Virus record (IMG/VR): IMGVR_UViG_3300042453_005575
Span: 1-64,000 of that record
DNA from: a virus
DNA length: 64,000 nt
Strand: one strand, 5' to 3'
Part shown: piece after piece, positions 29,161 to 38,973 of the stretch
Layout: every line of letters begins with the position of its first letter
How positions within the stretch are numbered: position 1 is the stretch's first letter
Translations under genes and position numbers: made by a program
The notes under the pieces: generated by a model
What the model saw: the letters and a program-made list of their open reading frames with translations, nothing else
The model's database searches: none
Told to the model about the DNA's origin: nothing

Positions 29161-30180
29161 ATGATTGCGGAAAACAACCCAAAAGAATATAAAATAACAG
29201 ATACACTGCAAAAGTATTACGACAAAGTTTTTCAAGATGGAAAACTTGTGAATGTGCATATAGGCATGTGGGGGATGAGCTATAGTTTAACCGAGAATGA
29301 TATTAAACTGGATAATAAATTACCAGAAACCATTAAACTCGGTAAAAAAATGCTTATTAAGCCTGCAGTATTCAACGCATTCAAAAATTATGAACAGCGC
29401 GTTCGTAATTTTCTTTATAGTAATTCTTTTGAATTCCCATTAGTGAGCCAAGCGCATTTCGTCCCCAAGTCAAAATACATGGAAGTGTACGGAAAGCTTA
29501 ATGAAATGGGGAATAAGTATATGGGAATGGTTGATGAGTTTATTGAAAAATACCAGGATTATAAAAAGGAGGCGCTTGATTATTACGAGCAGCATAAAGA
29601 TTCAGTGAACGTCGAGCATTTGGAAGAATATTACCCAGAACCTGGGAAAGTTCGCTCTAAGTTTTATTTCGATATTGTTTCATTCGAGATAACTATACCT
29701 GCCGAGTTTAAAAAGTTGGACTTGCACGACGAGATTAACCGTGAAAAAGCTGCGGCCGAAGCTCGGGAGCAGGCGTTAGTTAATTACGAAGATCAATATT
29801 CGAAGCAGCTCGATGTGCATATGGCTAAAATTAGCGATTTTGTTAATGCCGCAACGCTTACCTTGCGTGAAAAGATAACAGAGCATTGTGAAGTTGCTTT
29901 GAATAAAATTAACAAAAAAGAAATTGTGTCCGATGCCAATATTCGTACACTAATGAAACATATCAAAGAATTCAGAGAACTGAACTTTGTTGATGATAAA
30001 GCTATCGAGGATAAACTTCAAAAAGTAGAAGCGCTTCTACAAGGCGATCATGATTTTAGTAAAGATAAAGACGCTTTGGGTTTGCTTAAAGAGCACCTCG
30101 CAAGCGTTGTCACCGAGGCTGAAAACTTGACAGACTTAGCTAATGTGTCTGGAGAGTATTTTAGGAAACTAAGCGTTTAA
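29161..30180 (+). CDS. DUF3150-like helical protein
   Basis: LVNVHIGMWG...LGKKMLI...HFVP...YYP pattern next to the AAA ATPase. Confidence 0.55.
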   Translation: MIAENNPKEYKITDTLQKYYDKVFQDGKLVNVHIGMWGMSYSLTENDIKLDNKLPETIKLGKKMLIKPAVFNAFKNYEQRVRNFLYSNSFEFPLVSQAHFVPKSKYMEVYGKLNEMGNKYMGMVDEFIEKYQDYKKEALDYYEQHKDSVNVEHLEEYYPEPGKVRSKFYFDIVSFEITIPAEFKKLDLHDEINREKAAAEAREQALVNYEDQYSKQLDVHMAKISDFVNAATLTLREKITEHCEVALNKINKKEIVSDANIRTLMKHIKEFRELNFVDDKAIEDKLQKVEALLQGDHDFSKDKDALGLLKEHLASVVTEAENLTDLANVSGEYFRKLSV

Positions 30181-30185
30181 ACGTT

Positions 30186-30491
30186 ATGGAAATGGATAAT
30201 CACTCAGACGAAACTTCTACACTCGAACCTCCTAAGCACGATATGCTGCATATCAAATTTAGGGGGGATAAACACGAATATATTCTTCCTTACTGCGAAG
30301 TTGCAAACGGGGTAATAGCAGAGATATTAGAAAATGAAATTGTTATAGCGTCAGTTAAACCTGACGAACACCCTATAACCTTGAAATACAAAGAGTTTCT
30401 TTCTATTATTGAAAAAACTTTTGATACAAAGCAAATAACATCATTGGCTGTACAAATTCAAGGAGAGTTCGACGTGTTCAAAATATTATGA
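30186..30491 (+). CDS. Hypothetical protein
   Basis: 101-aa ORF in the operon. Confidence 0.6.
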   Translation: MEMDNHSDETSTLEPPKHDMLHIKFRGDKHEYILPYCEVANGVIAEILENEIVIASVKPDEHPITLKYKEFLSIIEKTFDTKQITSLAVQIQGEFDVFKIL

Positions 30492-30877
30492 GTCACTGCG
30501 TTAATATAAAAACCAACTTCAAAAACATCAATACGTTGCTTTCGCAATTTACATCAAAAGGATGGAAGATTGCCTTGGACGCTAAATGCCGTACATACCC
30601 AAGCGACCCCCGTAAAAACGAGGTGCATAAGTATGTGGCTCAAAACCCGAGAAATGGCGGCTATGATGTAGGTATTGATATCGACAGCTCTGGAAATGCT
30701 TATCTTGTATGCGATTTTTTTGATCGCAGTATAGAAGAGCAGTTAGGAAAAGAGTTAAAAGAAATTAAACAAGGTTACGCTCTATCCGAGATTAAAAAGT
30801 TTATGTATGAGGAAGATCTTGACTACCAGGTTAAAGAACTAGCCACAGGTGAACTAGTAGTAATCGCAGAAAAATAA
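30488..30877 (+). CDS. DUF1257 (Ycf35-like) protein
   Basis: MSHCVNIKT...YDVGI...YLVCDFF...KQGYA. Confidence 0.75.
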   Translation: MSHCVNIKTNFKNINTLLSQFTSKGWKIALDAKCRTYPSDPRKNEVHKYVAQNPRNGGYDVGIDIDSSGNAYLVCDFFDRSIEEQLGKELKEIKQGYALSEIKKFMYEEDLDYQVKELATGELVVIAEK

Positions 30878-30878
30878 C

Positions 30879-31157
30879 ATGCATAAATTAAAAATTGCCT
30901 CAAAAAACTTCGAAGACATAAAATCAAAATTGGCCCGGTCTTTAAAAGAAACTCTGTATAATGAATGCTCGCCTCCTCCGAATGAGCTCCATATACCTTA
31001 TGGATCAGTGGTGGAGGATAAGGAAGAGCCATACACAGCACTAGCTGTCGTTACATATATAGTAAGATGCCCTGGAGAAAAAAAGCATACGGTGCATATT
31101 AAATTCAAATACGATAAAGAAGGAAAATTCTTAAGAGATACTATGGAATATGTCTAA
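30879..31157 (+). CDS. Hypothetical protein
   Basis: 92-aa ORF in the operon. Confidence 0.6.
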   Translation: MHKLKIASKNFEDIKSKLARSLKETLYNECSPPPNELHIPYGSVVEDKEEPYTALAVVTYIVRCPGEKKHTVHIKFKYDKEGKFLRDTMEYV

Positions 31158-31350
31158 AAAAATCGTATTTAAAATAAATAAAAATGGAGATGTGCTTATA
31201 GATAAAGTGGAAGGCTATGGTTCTGGGTGTTTGGAAGCCACAAAATTCATAGAAGGAAAGCTGGGTTCTGTGGATGAAGCCACACGTAAATTTACCAGCG
31301 AATACGAAGAGCTTCCTCCGGTAGAAACATCCGAAGTAGCTAAGCATTAA
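31150..31350 (+). CDS. DUF2997 protein
   Basis: IVFKINKNGDV..KVEGYGSGCLEATKFIEGKLG...TSEY. Confidence 0.8.
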   Translation: MSKKIVFKINKNGDVLIDKVEGYGSGCLEATKFIEGKLGSVDEATRKFTSEYEELPPVETSEVAKH

Positions 31351-31353
31351 AAT

Positions 31354-31617
31354 ATGCCCTCTGTTATTTATATAGATAACGCGGGGTGTATAACGGGGTT
31401 AGCCGACGACACACTCGATAAATTAGGTTTTCTCGGGACAAAAACCGTGGAAAGAGTTTCCGAAATAGAATTCAACCACGATATACAAAAGTGGGTGGCA
31501 ATTTCATCGAAAACACAAAAGGTTATTTCGACTGACACTGTCCGCAGTGTTCTAATCGATAAAGAGCGAGAGTACCTTAACTCCCAATTAGAGCAATCGT
31601 TTGCTCTTAAACGATAA
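31354..31617 (+). CDS. Conserved hypothetical protein
   Basis: IYIDNAG.I.GL.DD...LG...VERVSEIEF....QKW. Confidence 0.65.
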   Translation: MPSVIYIDNAGCITGLADDTLDKLGFLGTKTVERVSEIEFNHDIQKWVAISSKTQKVISTDTVRSVLIDKEREYLNSQLEQSFALKR

Positions 31618-31623
31618 TAATTA

Positions 31624-32055
31624 ATGGGGTTGGTCGCCTACATCGGTCGCGGCCAACCCCAAATTATTTACAAACCGCAATATATGAATCGTATAAAAAC
31701 AGAAATTCTTCATTTTAAACAAGGTAAAAGCCACGATAAAGTTTATATCGTTGAGGTGCTCGAGCACGATAAGCAGTATTATGTTTACGCCTATTATGGT
31801 AAAAGAACACAAGAGCACCTTGTGAGGCAGTTCAAACATATCGCTGATTTCCAAGGCGAAGCTGTTGATCATTTTAATTTACTGGTTAGAAAAAAAATTA
31901 AAGCAGGCTATAAAATGCTTGCGAATAATTCTCATATAGATATCCCTGGTATGAAGCATTTGTTGTCCGTCCATTCGGTTAAAACCGATATGGTGAAAAA
32001 AATTGAAAAAGCTGAAGAAAAAATTGTTATAGAACATAGAAAATTATTGGTATGA
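31624..32055 (+). CDS. WGR-domain protein
   Basis: LHFKQGKSHDKVY.VEV...VYAYYGKR...F..LVRKKIKAGY. Confidence 0.75.
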   Translation: MGLVAYIGRGQPQIIYKPQYMNRIKTEILHFKQGKSHDKVYIVEVLEHDKQYYVYAYYGKRTQEHLVRQFKHIADFQGEAVDHFNLLVRKKIKAGYKMLANNSHIDIPGMKHLLSVHSVKTDMVKKIEKAEEKIVIEHRKLLV

Positions 32056-33152
32056 GCAAAAAATTTATAGTTTTTTCTGACCAACACTTGGAAGCTAAGC
32101 TGTATAATCTCCCGGACTTAGAAAAAGATAACCGGCAACTATTCACTGATGTAATAAATATTGCAGTAGAGCTTGAAGTAGATTACTTGATTTCTGTTGG
32201 TGACTTATTTGATAATAATCGCCCCAGCTCTGAAACTATAACTTTTGTTTCGAGTGAAGTAGCCAGGCTAAAAAAAAGCGGTGTAACCCCTTTAGCTATC
32301 GCCGGAGATCACAGCAAGCCTATCGACGGGGCTACATGGGAAACTATCTGCGGCTTCCAAAGTGTGAATATTGTTTCGGAGTTCGTAGGATTTGATTATA
32401 TGGATAACCCTCAAGAGGTGCTGAGGCGTATAAACAATGAGCTTAGCGTAAGACCGCGAGATTCGGTGGAATTCATATTTATGCACCAGCAAATACCAGA
32501 AATATGGCCTTTTTGCGATGAAAAGAAAAAAATACATTTAAAAGATATCGACCTGGGTAATCATTGCGCGTCGATGAAAGCCTTTTTCCTGGGCGACATA
32601 CATAAACGCCAAGACATACGCTACAAAGACATAGTTTGTGGTCGTGAAATATTTGCAGGTTACTGCGGAAGCTTAGGAGTGACCGCGTCCGATGAAACTA
32701 AGAAAGAGGGGCTGTACTATTGGAATGGACAAAAATTGGAGTTAATCGAATACAAGCTCCCTAGGAAATTTATAACTATTGATGTGACAAAACAGTCCCT
32801 AGAGATTTTGACTCAGGAGCTATTTAAAGAATACTTGGGAGTAGCGGCAAAACCTGTGTTTATATGCAGAGTGGATAATGGTGTGAAGATCGAGCATAAG
32901 CTTGATTTTTTATACGACTTAGGGCATGTCAGATTCACAAGAGTTAAACAAACTATCGAAGGTACAGAAGAGATGCTCAACATTAGATCTGAATTGAAAA
33001 CTACCGAAAGACTGGCCAATGTTTTGAAAGACTTAACGCAGCCTTTGGAAAACAATACGGAAGTTTACAACGCAGCTTATAGTTTGTTAGTGGACGAAGA
33101 TCCTAAAAGAATATTAGACAATTTATATGCAACCATAATTGAAAAACCTTAA
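32052..33152 (+). CDS. sbcD: SbcD/Mre11-like nuclease
   Basis: SDQH, VGDLFD, AGDHS, HQ, LGDIH, YCGS. Confidence 0.9.
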   Translation: MSKKFIVFSDQHLEAKLYNLPDLEKDNRQLFTDVINIAVELEVDYLISVGDLFDNNRPSSETITFVSSEVARLKKSGVTPLAIAGDHSKPIDGATWETICGFQSVNIVSEFVGFDYMDNPQEVLRRINNELSVRPRDSVEFIFMHQQIPEIWPFCDEKKKIHLKDIDLGNHCASMKAFFLGDIHKRQDIRYKDIVCGREIFAGYCGSLGVTASDETKKEGLYYWNGQKLELIEYKLPRKFITIDVTKQSLEILTQELFKEYLGVAAKPVFICRVDNGVKIEHKLDFLYDLGHVRFTRVKQTIEGTEEMLNIRSELKTTERLANVLKDLTQPLENNTEVYNAAYSLLVDEDPKRILDNLYATIIEKP

Positions 33153-33313
33153 CCCCCAAAATATAGACATGAACAGAGAACCTTTGAGTAATTTGCTATT
33201 AGAATACCCTCTTCTTGCGGTATCCAAACATATCCAACAAGATAATTTTTTAAATGACGAGGTGGCGGACTTTAGATGTTTTGAAACTATAAACTTACTT
33301 ACTATTGACAGTT

Positions 33314-35359
33314 ATGGAACTCACCAAGCTGATAATGAAAAATTTTCGAGCGCACAAAGCTTTATCCCTAAACCTAGCGCAGGGAATCACTGGAATAATC
33401 GGAGGAAACGGAACCGGCAAGTCCAGTATAGTTGAAGCGATAATGTTTTTGCTGACCGGAGAAGGTTACGGCAAAACTAAAAATGAAATGCTGACTGTTG
33501 GAGAAGTCAGCGGTTATGTAATCGGGCATTTATCTATAGACGGCAAAGAAGCTGTTCTGGAAAGACATATAGACACAGCCAAGGTAAACTTGAAATATGA
33601 TGGAAAAGTTTATAAAAAATCCTCAGAAGTTTCGGAATTGTGGGGAAACTTATTCCAAATAGATAAACACATAGTTAAAAATATCGTTATTTCCAACCAA
33701 GGAGAAATAGCACTGTTGTTGAACGGCGATGCCAGCACTAAAGAAAAGTTATTCCAAAAAATATTTATGGTTCCGAATACATCAAAATTGCGGGACATAA
33801 TATGGAATAATTATATAAAGGCCGCTCCGCCAGAATATCCTGTTAAAGACTCGTCAGAGCTTCGAAGCGAAGTACACATTTTAAAAAAATTGATAGAAGA
33901 AGAAGAATTGGAGCTGGCGGCTGTTCATGTAGATGAAGGTGCTTATGATAAACTTATTGCACGTAAATCTTTTTTGACTCAAGTTGTAAATTCGGCAATG
34001 CTTCTAGCAAAGTATGACGCTTTAATCCCGAGATTAGAGTTGGATATAACTGAACTTCGGGCAGAAAAAGCAGGTATAAACAACAAGACAGCGCATATCG
34101 ACATAGCTACCTACATACAAAAGTTACAAGCTCTGGATGCATCGAAGCCCTTATATGAATCAAAACAATTGGTTTTGGTGAAGAAAAAGACGCTTATTCC
34201 TCCAGGAAAGATATTAGACCAAAAGGCTTACGATGAAGCAAACCATAAGCACTCCGAATTGGAAACAAAGCTCGCTTCTTTAAACTTGGTTACTAGGGAG
34301 TTTCGTACCAAAATCGCTGATTATGAGTCTAAAGGGATTGCTTCTGGAGTATGCCCAACTTGTGGAACAAGTCTAGAAAATCTTTTGGACGTGGTTGCAC
34401 ATATAAAATCAGACTTAGCAATTCGCGAAAAAGAGATAGCCGGGGTATCGCAAGAACTTATGAGCGCTAAAAATGATTATGAAAATTTAAGTAAGCTTAA
34501 AATTGCTTGGGAACTATACCATACCGAGCTAAAAAGTCTCGACGACAAGCTTGAGGCATATGAAAATATCGATTATTCTGAGGAAGACCATAACTTATAC
34601 AAGTCTGTGGTTAGCCAGTACGACTTGTACGCGGCAGAAGTTAGAAAAATTGACGCCCGGCTAGCTTCGCTCGAGACTGAGTTAAATTCAGCCAAACTAA
34701 GCCTTGCAGGAATCACTCAATATGATAGGGACAGATCAGAATTTGATGGAGAACAAGCTGAGATAGACGCGCAGATAATAAAGTTTAAGGAAGCGCAAGC
34801 CAAAGCCACAGCTATAAAGGTTTCTATAGGGGCTAAAACCAAAGAGTTAGAGGCATTACTAAAACAAGTAGATGAAAACAACAGATATATTGAAAAAAAT
34901 GCTCGACGTAAAAAATACGTAGGTATTCTCAATTCATTATACGACCTGTTCCATACTTCCAAGTTTCCTCGCGCGCTTATACAAACCTATGCATCAACTG
35001 TTTCAGAATATATGACTGAAATATTAGCTTCTTTTGAATTTCCTTACACAGCAAAAGTGAATGAAAGCTTTGGGATAAATATCTATGATTCTGAAGATCG
35101 TGAACTCCCTAGTATATCGGGCGGTCAACAAGTTATGGTTGGGTTTAGCTTACGCATGGCGTTGCATCAAATGTTTGTAGGTGCATTTCCGTTCATGATT
35201 ATAGACGAAGGTTCCTACGGGCTAGCCGAAGATTCTATAAAAAAATATTTTAATATTATTTCTAAGCTTAACAAAACCAGTAAATTCAAACAGGTCATTG
35301 TGATCGACCATCACAAAGAGTTGTCTGACTACGTTGATCATACTATATTGCTGACATGA
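33314..35359 (+). CDS. sbcC: SbcC/Rad50-like ATPase
   Basis: GGNGTGKSS, coiled coil with CPTCG zinc hook, SGGQ signature, IIDEG, IDH. Confidence 0.92.
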   Translation: MELTKLIMKNFRAHKALSLNLAQGITGIIGGNGTGKSSIVEAIMFLLTGEGYGKTKNEMLTVGEVSGYVIGHLSIDGKEAVLERHIDTAKVNLKYDGKVYKKSSEVSELWGNLFQIDKHIVKNIVISNQGEIALLLNGDASTKEKLFQKIFMVPNTSKLRDIIWNNYIKAAPPEYPVKDSSELRSEVHILKKLIEEEELELAAVHVDEGAYDKLIARKSFLTQVVNSAMLLAKYDALIPRLELDITELRAEKAGINNKTAHIDIATYIQKLQALDASKPLYESKQLVLVKKKTLIPPGKILDQKAYDEANHKHSELETKLASLNLVTREFRTKIADYESKGIASGVCPTCGTSLENLLDVVAHIKSDLAIREKEIAGVSQELMSAKNDYENLSKLKIAWELYHTELKSLDDKLEAYENIDYSEEDHNLYKSVVSQYDLYAAEVRKIDARLASLETELNSAKLSLAGITQYDRDRSEFDGEQAEIDAQIIKFKEAQAKATAIKVSIGAKTKELEALLKQVDENNRYIEKNARRKKYVGILNSLYDLFHTSKFPRALIQTYASTVSEYMTEILASFEFPYTAKVNESFGINIYDSEDRELPSISGGQQVMVGFSLRMALHQMFVGAFPFMIIDEGSYGLAEDSIKKYFNIISKLNKTSKFKQVIVIDHHKELSDYVDHTILLT

Positions 35360-35571
35360 TGTTCGTGCTATACGAGGGTATCAAAGACAAACAAGAGATG
35401 ATGTGGGAACCGCCTTATGGTCCCGGGTTCACAAAAGATGAAATAGCGAATGCCGAAACCATGGATATCGTTGCTTCTGATATAAAAGAACCCGGGATAG
35501 ATTACGCTATATTTATGTTAAGAAATAAAACAGGTGAAGTAATTCAAAGCAAAAAAATTATTGGATATTAA
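35356..35571 (+). CDS. Hypothetical protein
   Basis: 71-aa coupled ORF. Confidence 0.55.
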   Translation: MMFVLYEGIKDKQEMMWEPPYGPGFTKDEIANAETMDIVASDIKEPGIDYAIFMLRNKTGEVIQSKKIIGY

Positions 35572-35833
35572 CTTTATGGGAAAAGAACTAAAAGAAAACG
35601 CGATCATTCCTACTTTGCTAGCTGGGGCTGCTGTGTATTTCGGCATGACCAGGAATAGTAGTAAGCTTGGGGATGTAACTAAAATGGCTGTGTCAAGGCT
35701 TGTAGACGACCAGGTGAGTAGAAATACCGGAGGTCAACCAAAGCCAAACAATCATAAAATGAAGCATAAAACCGCAAAAAGTAAGTCGAATAAAACTAAT
35801 AAAATACGTTTGCACGATATTCAACATCGATGA
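35561..35833 (+). CDS. Hypothetical protein (hydrophobic N-terminus, basic tail)
   Basis: 90-aa coupled ORF. Confidence 0.5.
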   Translation: MDINFMGKELKENAIIPTLLAGAAVYFGMTRNSSKLGDVTKMAVSRLVDDQVSRNTGGQPKPNNHKMKHKTAKSKSNKTNKIRLHDIQHR

Positions 35834-37287
35834 AAATCAAGTTAACTAGATTCGATGGAGGTTTGAAAATAAACCCCAGCCCTGTGTATTTATTAAAATT
35901 TCTTCGTTATTTCCACAGAGAAATGCAATCAATTCAATGGAAAAGAGAAAGTGTATTTGTTGAAAAATTATTATATGTTTCTGACGAGGAAGGTTCTATA
36001 TACACATTGCCGGGGTTTTTTAAAGAGATTGTTGATTTATGCCATAAAAACATGGACGCTGTAGAAATAGAGGATTATAGAACATCTATGCCTGAGCCTG
36101 ATTGGGCTGCGGTTAAAAAAATAAAACTGCGCGATTACCAAGTTGAAATGGTTCTGGATATGCTTTTCAAAGGCAAAGAAGACATCGGAGTTATTAACGC
36201 TACAGGAGGCGCAGGAAAAACGTATCTACAAGCTATCACATATGCTGCTTGGAATAAATTGAATACTATTTTGGCTATCCCTCTCAAACAGGTTGTGCTG
36301 CAGACGCACGCCAAATTTAAACAATTATTCCCAGATAAGCATATTGGTATTGTGGGAGACGGGAAAAACGATATAAGCTCGGATATCACAATAGCAACAT
36401 TCAGGTCTTTAAAAAATTGTGCCTTAGAAAAATGTGAACTTCTTCTTGTGGACGAAATGCAGTCTGCGGGGCAGGACACTTTCCAAAACTGCTTGAAGTT
36501 GGTTAAGCCTCGAAGAATATTTGGGTTTTCAGCAACAACTGAAGGTATGTTCAATAATACAGATAAATTGCTGAAAGGCATGTTCGGAGAAGATTTGATA
36601 TATTTTCCTTATGACGATGCGGAGGTAGCCGGGGCGGTTGTTCCTGGGGTTGTGTATATGGTAAAAATGCCGGATGATTTAATTACTGACGGGTACACAA
36701 GTATGGAAGCTAAAATTAAACATGGAATAAAACGGTGCTCCGAAAGAAACGAAATAATCGGTAAAGTATGCGCAGCAATTCCTAAAACTTGGCAAACAAT
36801 TGTATTTATAGATCATGTCAAGGACCACTTGGTTTCTTTGTTTAAGTATTTACCTCAAGGCTCTAAATATTTGCATAGAGAAAGCAGTAAAAAAAGTGTT
36901 GGGGCTTTCGCATTATCCCCTAGCGAACAAAATAAAGTAATCGAAGAATTTGCCAATAACAAATTTCAGATACTTGTAGCTAGTGATGCTTTCCGGGCAG
37001 GTGTAGACATACCTAATTGTAGGGTAGTTGTTCAGGCTTCGGGAGGGTCATCTAAAGTTGAAATATTGCAGGAGGCTTATCGTGGGAGCAGAATTCTAAC
37101 AGAAGAGTATAAGGAAAAGTTTGGGCTGGAAGAAAAAACTCATTTTGTGTTGGTGGATTTCATGGACAACCATGACCCGACACTGGAAAATATGGCTAAA
37201 AAGCGCATTTCTTATTACAAAGAACAGAAATGGAAGATTAAAATCATAGAAGATTATAGTAAAATCGACTGGTTTAATTACACGTAA
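35830..37287 (+). CDS. SF2 DNA helicase (UvsW/Rad25-like)
   Basis: LRDYQ, TGGAGKT, VDEMQ, SAT, GVDIP, QEAYRGSR. Confidence 0.9.
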   Translation: MKIKLTRFDGGLKINPSPVYLLKFLRYFHREMQSIQWKRESVFVEKLLYVSDEEGSIYTLPGFFKEIVDLCHKNMDAVEIEDYRTSMPEPDWAAVKKIKLRDYQVEMVLDMLFKGKEDIGVINATGGAGKTYLQAITYAAWNKLNTILAIPLKQVVLQTHAKFKQLFPDKHIGIVGDGKNDISSDITIATFRSLKNCALEKCELLLVDEMQSAGQDTFQNCLKLVKPRRIFGFSATTEGMFNNTDKLLKGMFGEDLIYFPYDDAEVAGAVVPGVVYMVKMPDDLITDGYTSMEAKIKHGIKRCSERNEIIGKVCAAIPKTWQTIVFIDHVKDHLVSLFKYLPQGSKYLHRESSKKSVGAFALSPSEQNKVIEEFANNKFQILVASDAFRAGVDIPNCRVVVQASGGSSKVEILQEAYRGSRILTEEYKEKFGLEEKTHFVLVDFMDNHDPTLENMAKKRISYYKEQKWKIKIIEDYSKIDWFNYT

Positions 37288-37291
37288 ATTT

Positions 37292-37495
37292 ATGACCAAC
37301 GCACAAGAACAACATATAGCGTATACTATAAAATCAGTGCATGACTATTGGCTGGCCAGGCCTTGGCTCAGATTAGGCCAGCTTATGTATAATGTAGCTC
37401 ATACAGGTGGGTGGAGGCACGCTGATCTATTCAATTGTCCTGACGAAATAATTACCGCAGGGTTGGAAAAATCAGCCCAGGAAAATAATATGTAA
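37292..37495 (+). CDS. Hypothetical phage protein
   Basis: W...PWLRLGQL...DLF..D motif. Confidence 0.6.
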   Translation: MTNAQEQHIAYTIKSVHDYWLARPWLRLGQLMYNVAHTGGWRHADLFNCPDEIITAGLEKSAQENNM

Positions 37496-37496
37496 A

Positions 37497-38423
37497 ATGA
37501 ACCAAAAGGTAAAAGAACTCCTGAAATCTAAATTTGGTAAGGTAAAAAGCGTCTCGGGCGGAAGCTACCGAATAGTATGCCCGACATGCACCCCAAAAAA
37601 TTCGAAAAAAATGAAACGGTATATAAACCCCAGCTGGTCTGTTAGCAATTGTTTTATATGCAGCCAAATTATACCTATATATGATTTATTAGGAGAAGAT
37701 ACATTCTATTTTGCTAACTCAAAGACTCACGAAAAAAATGAAGAAGAATATAAGTACGCAAAAATACTACCATATAATTCTTCTGTTAAGCTTTCTGAGC
37801 TTGCTTGTGACGCTCCGGTTATTCATTTTTTGCAAAATGACCATCTGTATAATATGTTATACTATGATTCATTAGGTATTAGATACATACCAGCGAACGG
37901 AGGAATCAATATTCCTTTCGATTCAGGCTTTGTGGTCAACACAGCTGAAAGCCTTTTTTTCCCTGTGTTCGACAAAAATAATGAATATGCTGGGTGGCAA
38001 TTAAGATTCATTCCTAACACATGGAACGGAGACAGATTTCAATTCATGCGTTATATGCAGCTTTTTCCTAAAGGTGATCATTTATTCAATTATAATTTTG
38101 CAAAACAATACACAGATGTAGTCGTTGTGGAAGGAGTGAAGAAAGCTTTGAAACTTGGAAATGCTGTTGCTACTTTAGGTAAAGGAATATCAGACACGCA
38201 AAAACAGCTTATACAGGAGTGGAGAAACATAACACTGATATTAGACGGCGAAGAAAGCACACAAATTCTTGCCGAAGCAATCAGAAAAGAATTCCGCTCG
38301 AACGGTAGAAAGTGTGTAAATATAGATTTAAGAAAATATGGATTTGAGTCTCCAGACGATACCACGACAGAACAATTGCAGACTATAATAAAACAAGAAT
38401 ATGCTAAACAGCGCGCAAGTTAA
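37497..38423 (+). CDS. DNA primase (Zn finger + TOPRIM)
   Basis: CPTC...CFIC, FFPVFD...GWQLR, LFNY, VVVEG, ATLGK, ILDGE. Confidence 0.85.
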   Translation: MNQKVKELLKSKFGKVKSVSGGSYRIVCPTCTPKNSKKMKRYINPSWSVSNCFICSQIIPIYDLLGEDTFYFANSKTHEKNEEEYKYAKILPYNSSVKLSELACDAPVIHFLQNDHLYNMLYYDSLGIRYIPANGGINIPFDSGFVVNTAESLFFPVFDKNNEYAGWQLRFIPNTWNGDRFQFMRYMQLFPKGDHLFNYNFAKQYTDVVVVEGVKKALKLGNAVATLGKGISDTQKQLIQEWRNITLILDGEESTQILAEAIRKEFRSNGRKCVNIDLRKYGFESPDDTTTEQLQTIIKQEYAKQRAS

Positions 38424-38973
38424 TAGCCGTATAAAAGAAGATTTGGAGTACGAATTCACCAACAAAAAGCGGTTAAGTCTTCCAAAATATTCATATTTTT
38501 CAACTCCCGCAGGCGAAAATTATTTTTGCGAAGCTGCTTTGCTTTGCGAAAAATTTAATTTACACCCTGCGCAATATATAGACATTATGTGGAAGCATAT
38601 GGGTGATAATAAAGTAGAGTTTTTTAGCCCTGCTCATATCCGCGGAAACGGAGCTTTAAAAGCCATTAATGAGTATTTCGAAGAAAATAAAAATTATGAG
38701 ATAGAAATTACTAACGCTAATATCGACTATAATGATATGTGGTTTTTCCAAAAAAACAGCGTTATGCAGTATCTTCAAATAGGTGTGCCTCTAAAAGATA
38801 TACTGATGGATTCTTCTCTAAAATTCCCTGCATGGTTTAGGATTTTATCTACTGAAAGCCGGGATCCGGATATAATCGATAAATATAAAGCAATAGCCAA
38901 AAAAGAATTAAATAATGCTTTGATAGATTTTATAAAACTTAACAATTTAGACATGAATAGAATACTTGATTAA
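38401..38973 (+). CDS. Hypothetical protein between primase and helicase
   Basis: 190-aa coupled ORF. Confidence 0.7.
   Translation: MLNSAQVNSRIKEDLEYEFTNKKRLSLPKYSYFSTPAGENYFCEAALLCEKFNLHPAQYIDIMWKHMGDNKVEFFSPAHIRGNGALKAINEYFEENKNYEIEITNANIDYNDMWFFQKNSVMQYLQIGVPLKDILMDSSLKFPAWFRILSTESRDPDIIDKYKAIAKKELNNALIDFIKLNNLDMNRILD

Noticed and set aside
33139-33435. 98-aa ORF between sbcD and sbcC, or a frameshift fusion
   Set aside because: Overlaps sbcC by about 120 nt, and both flanking genes look complete.
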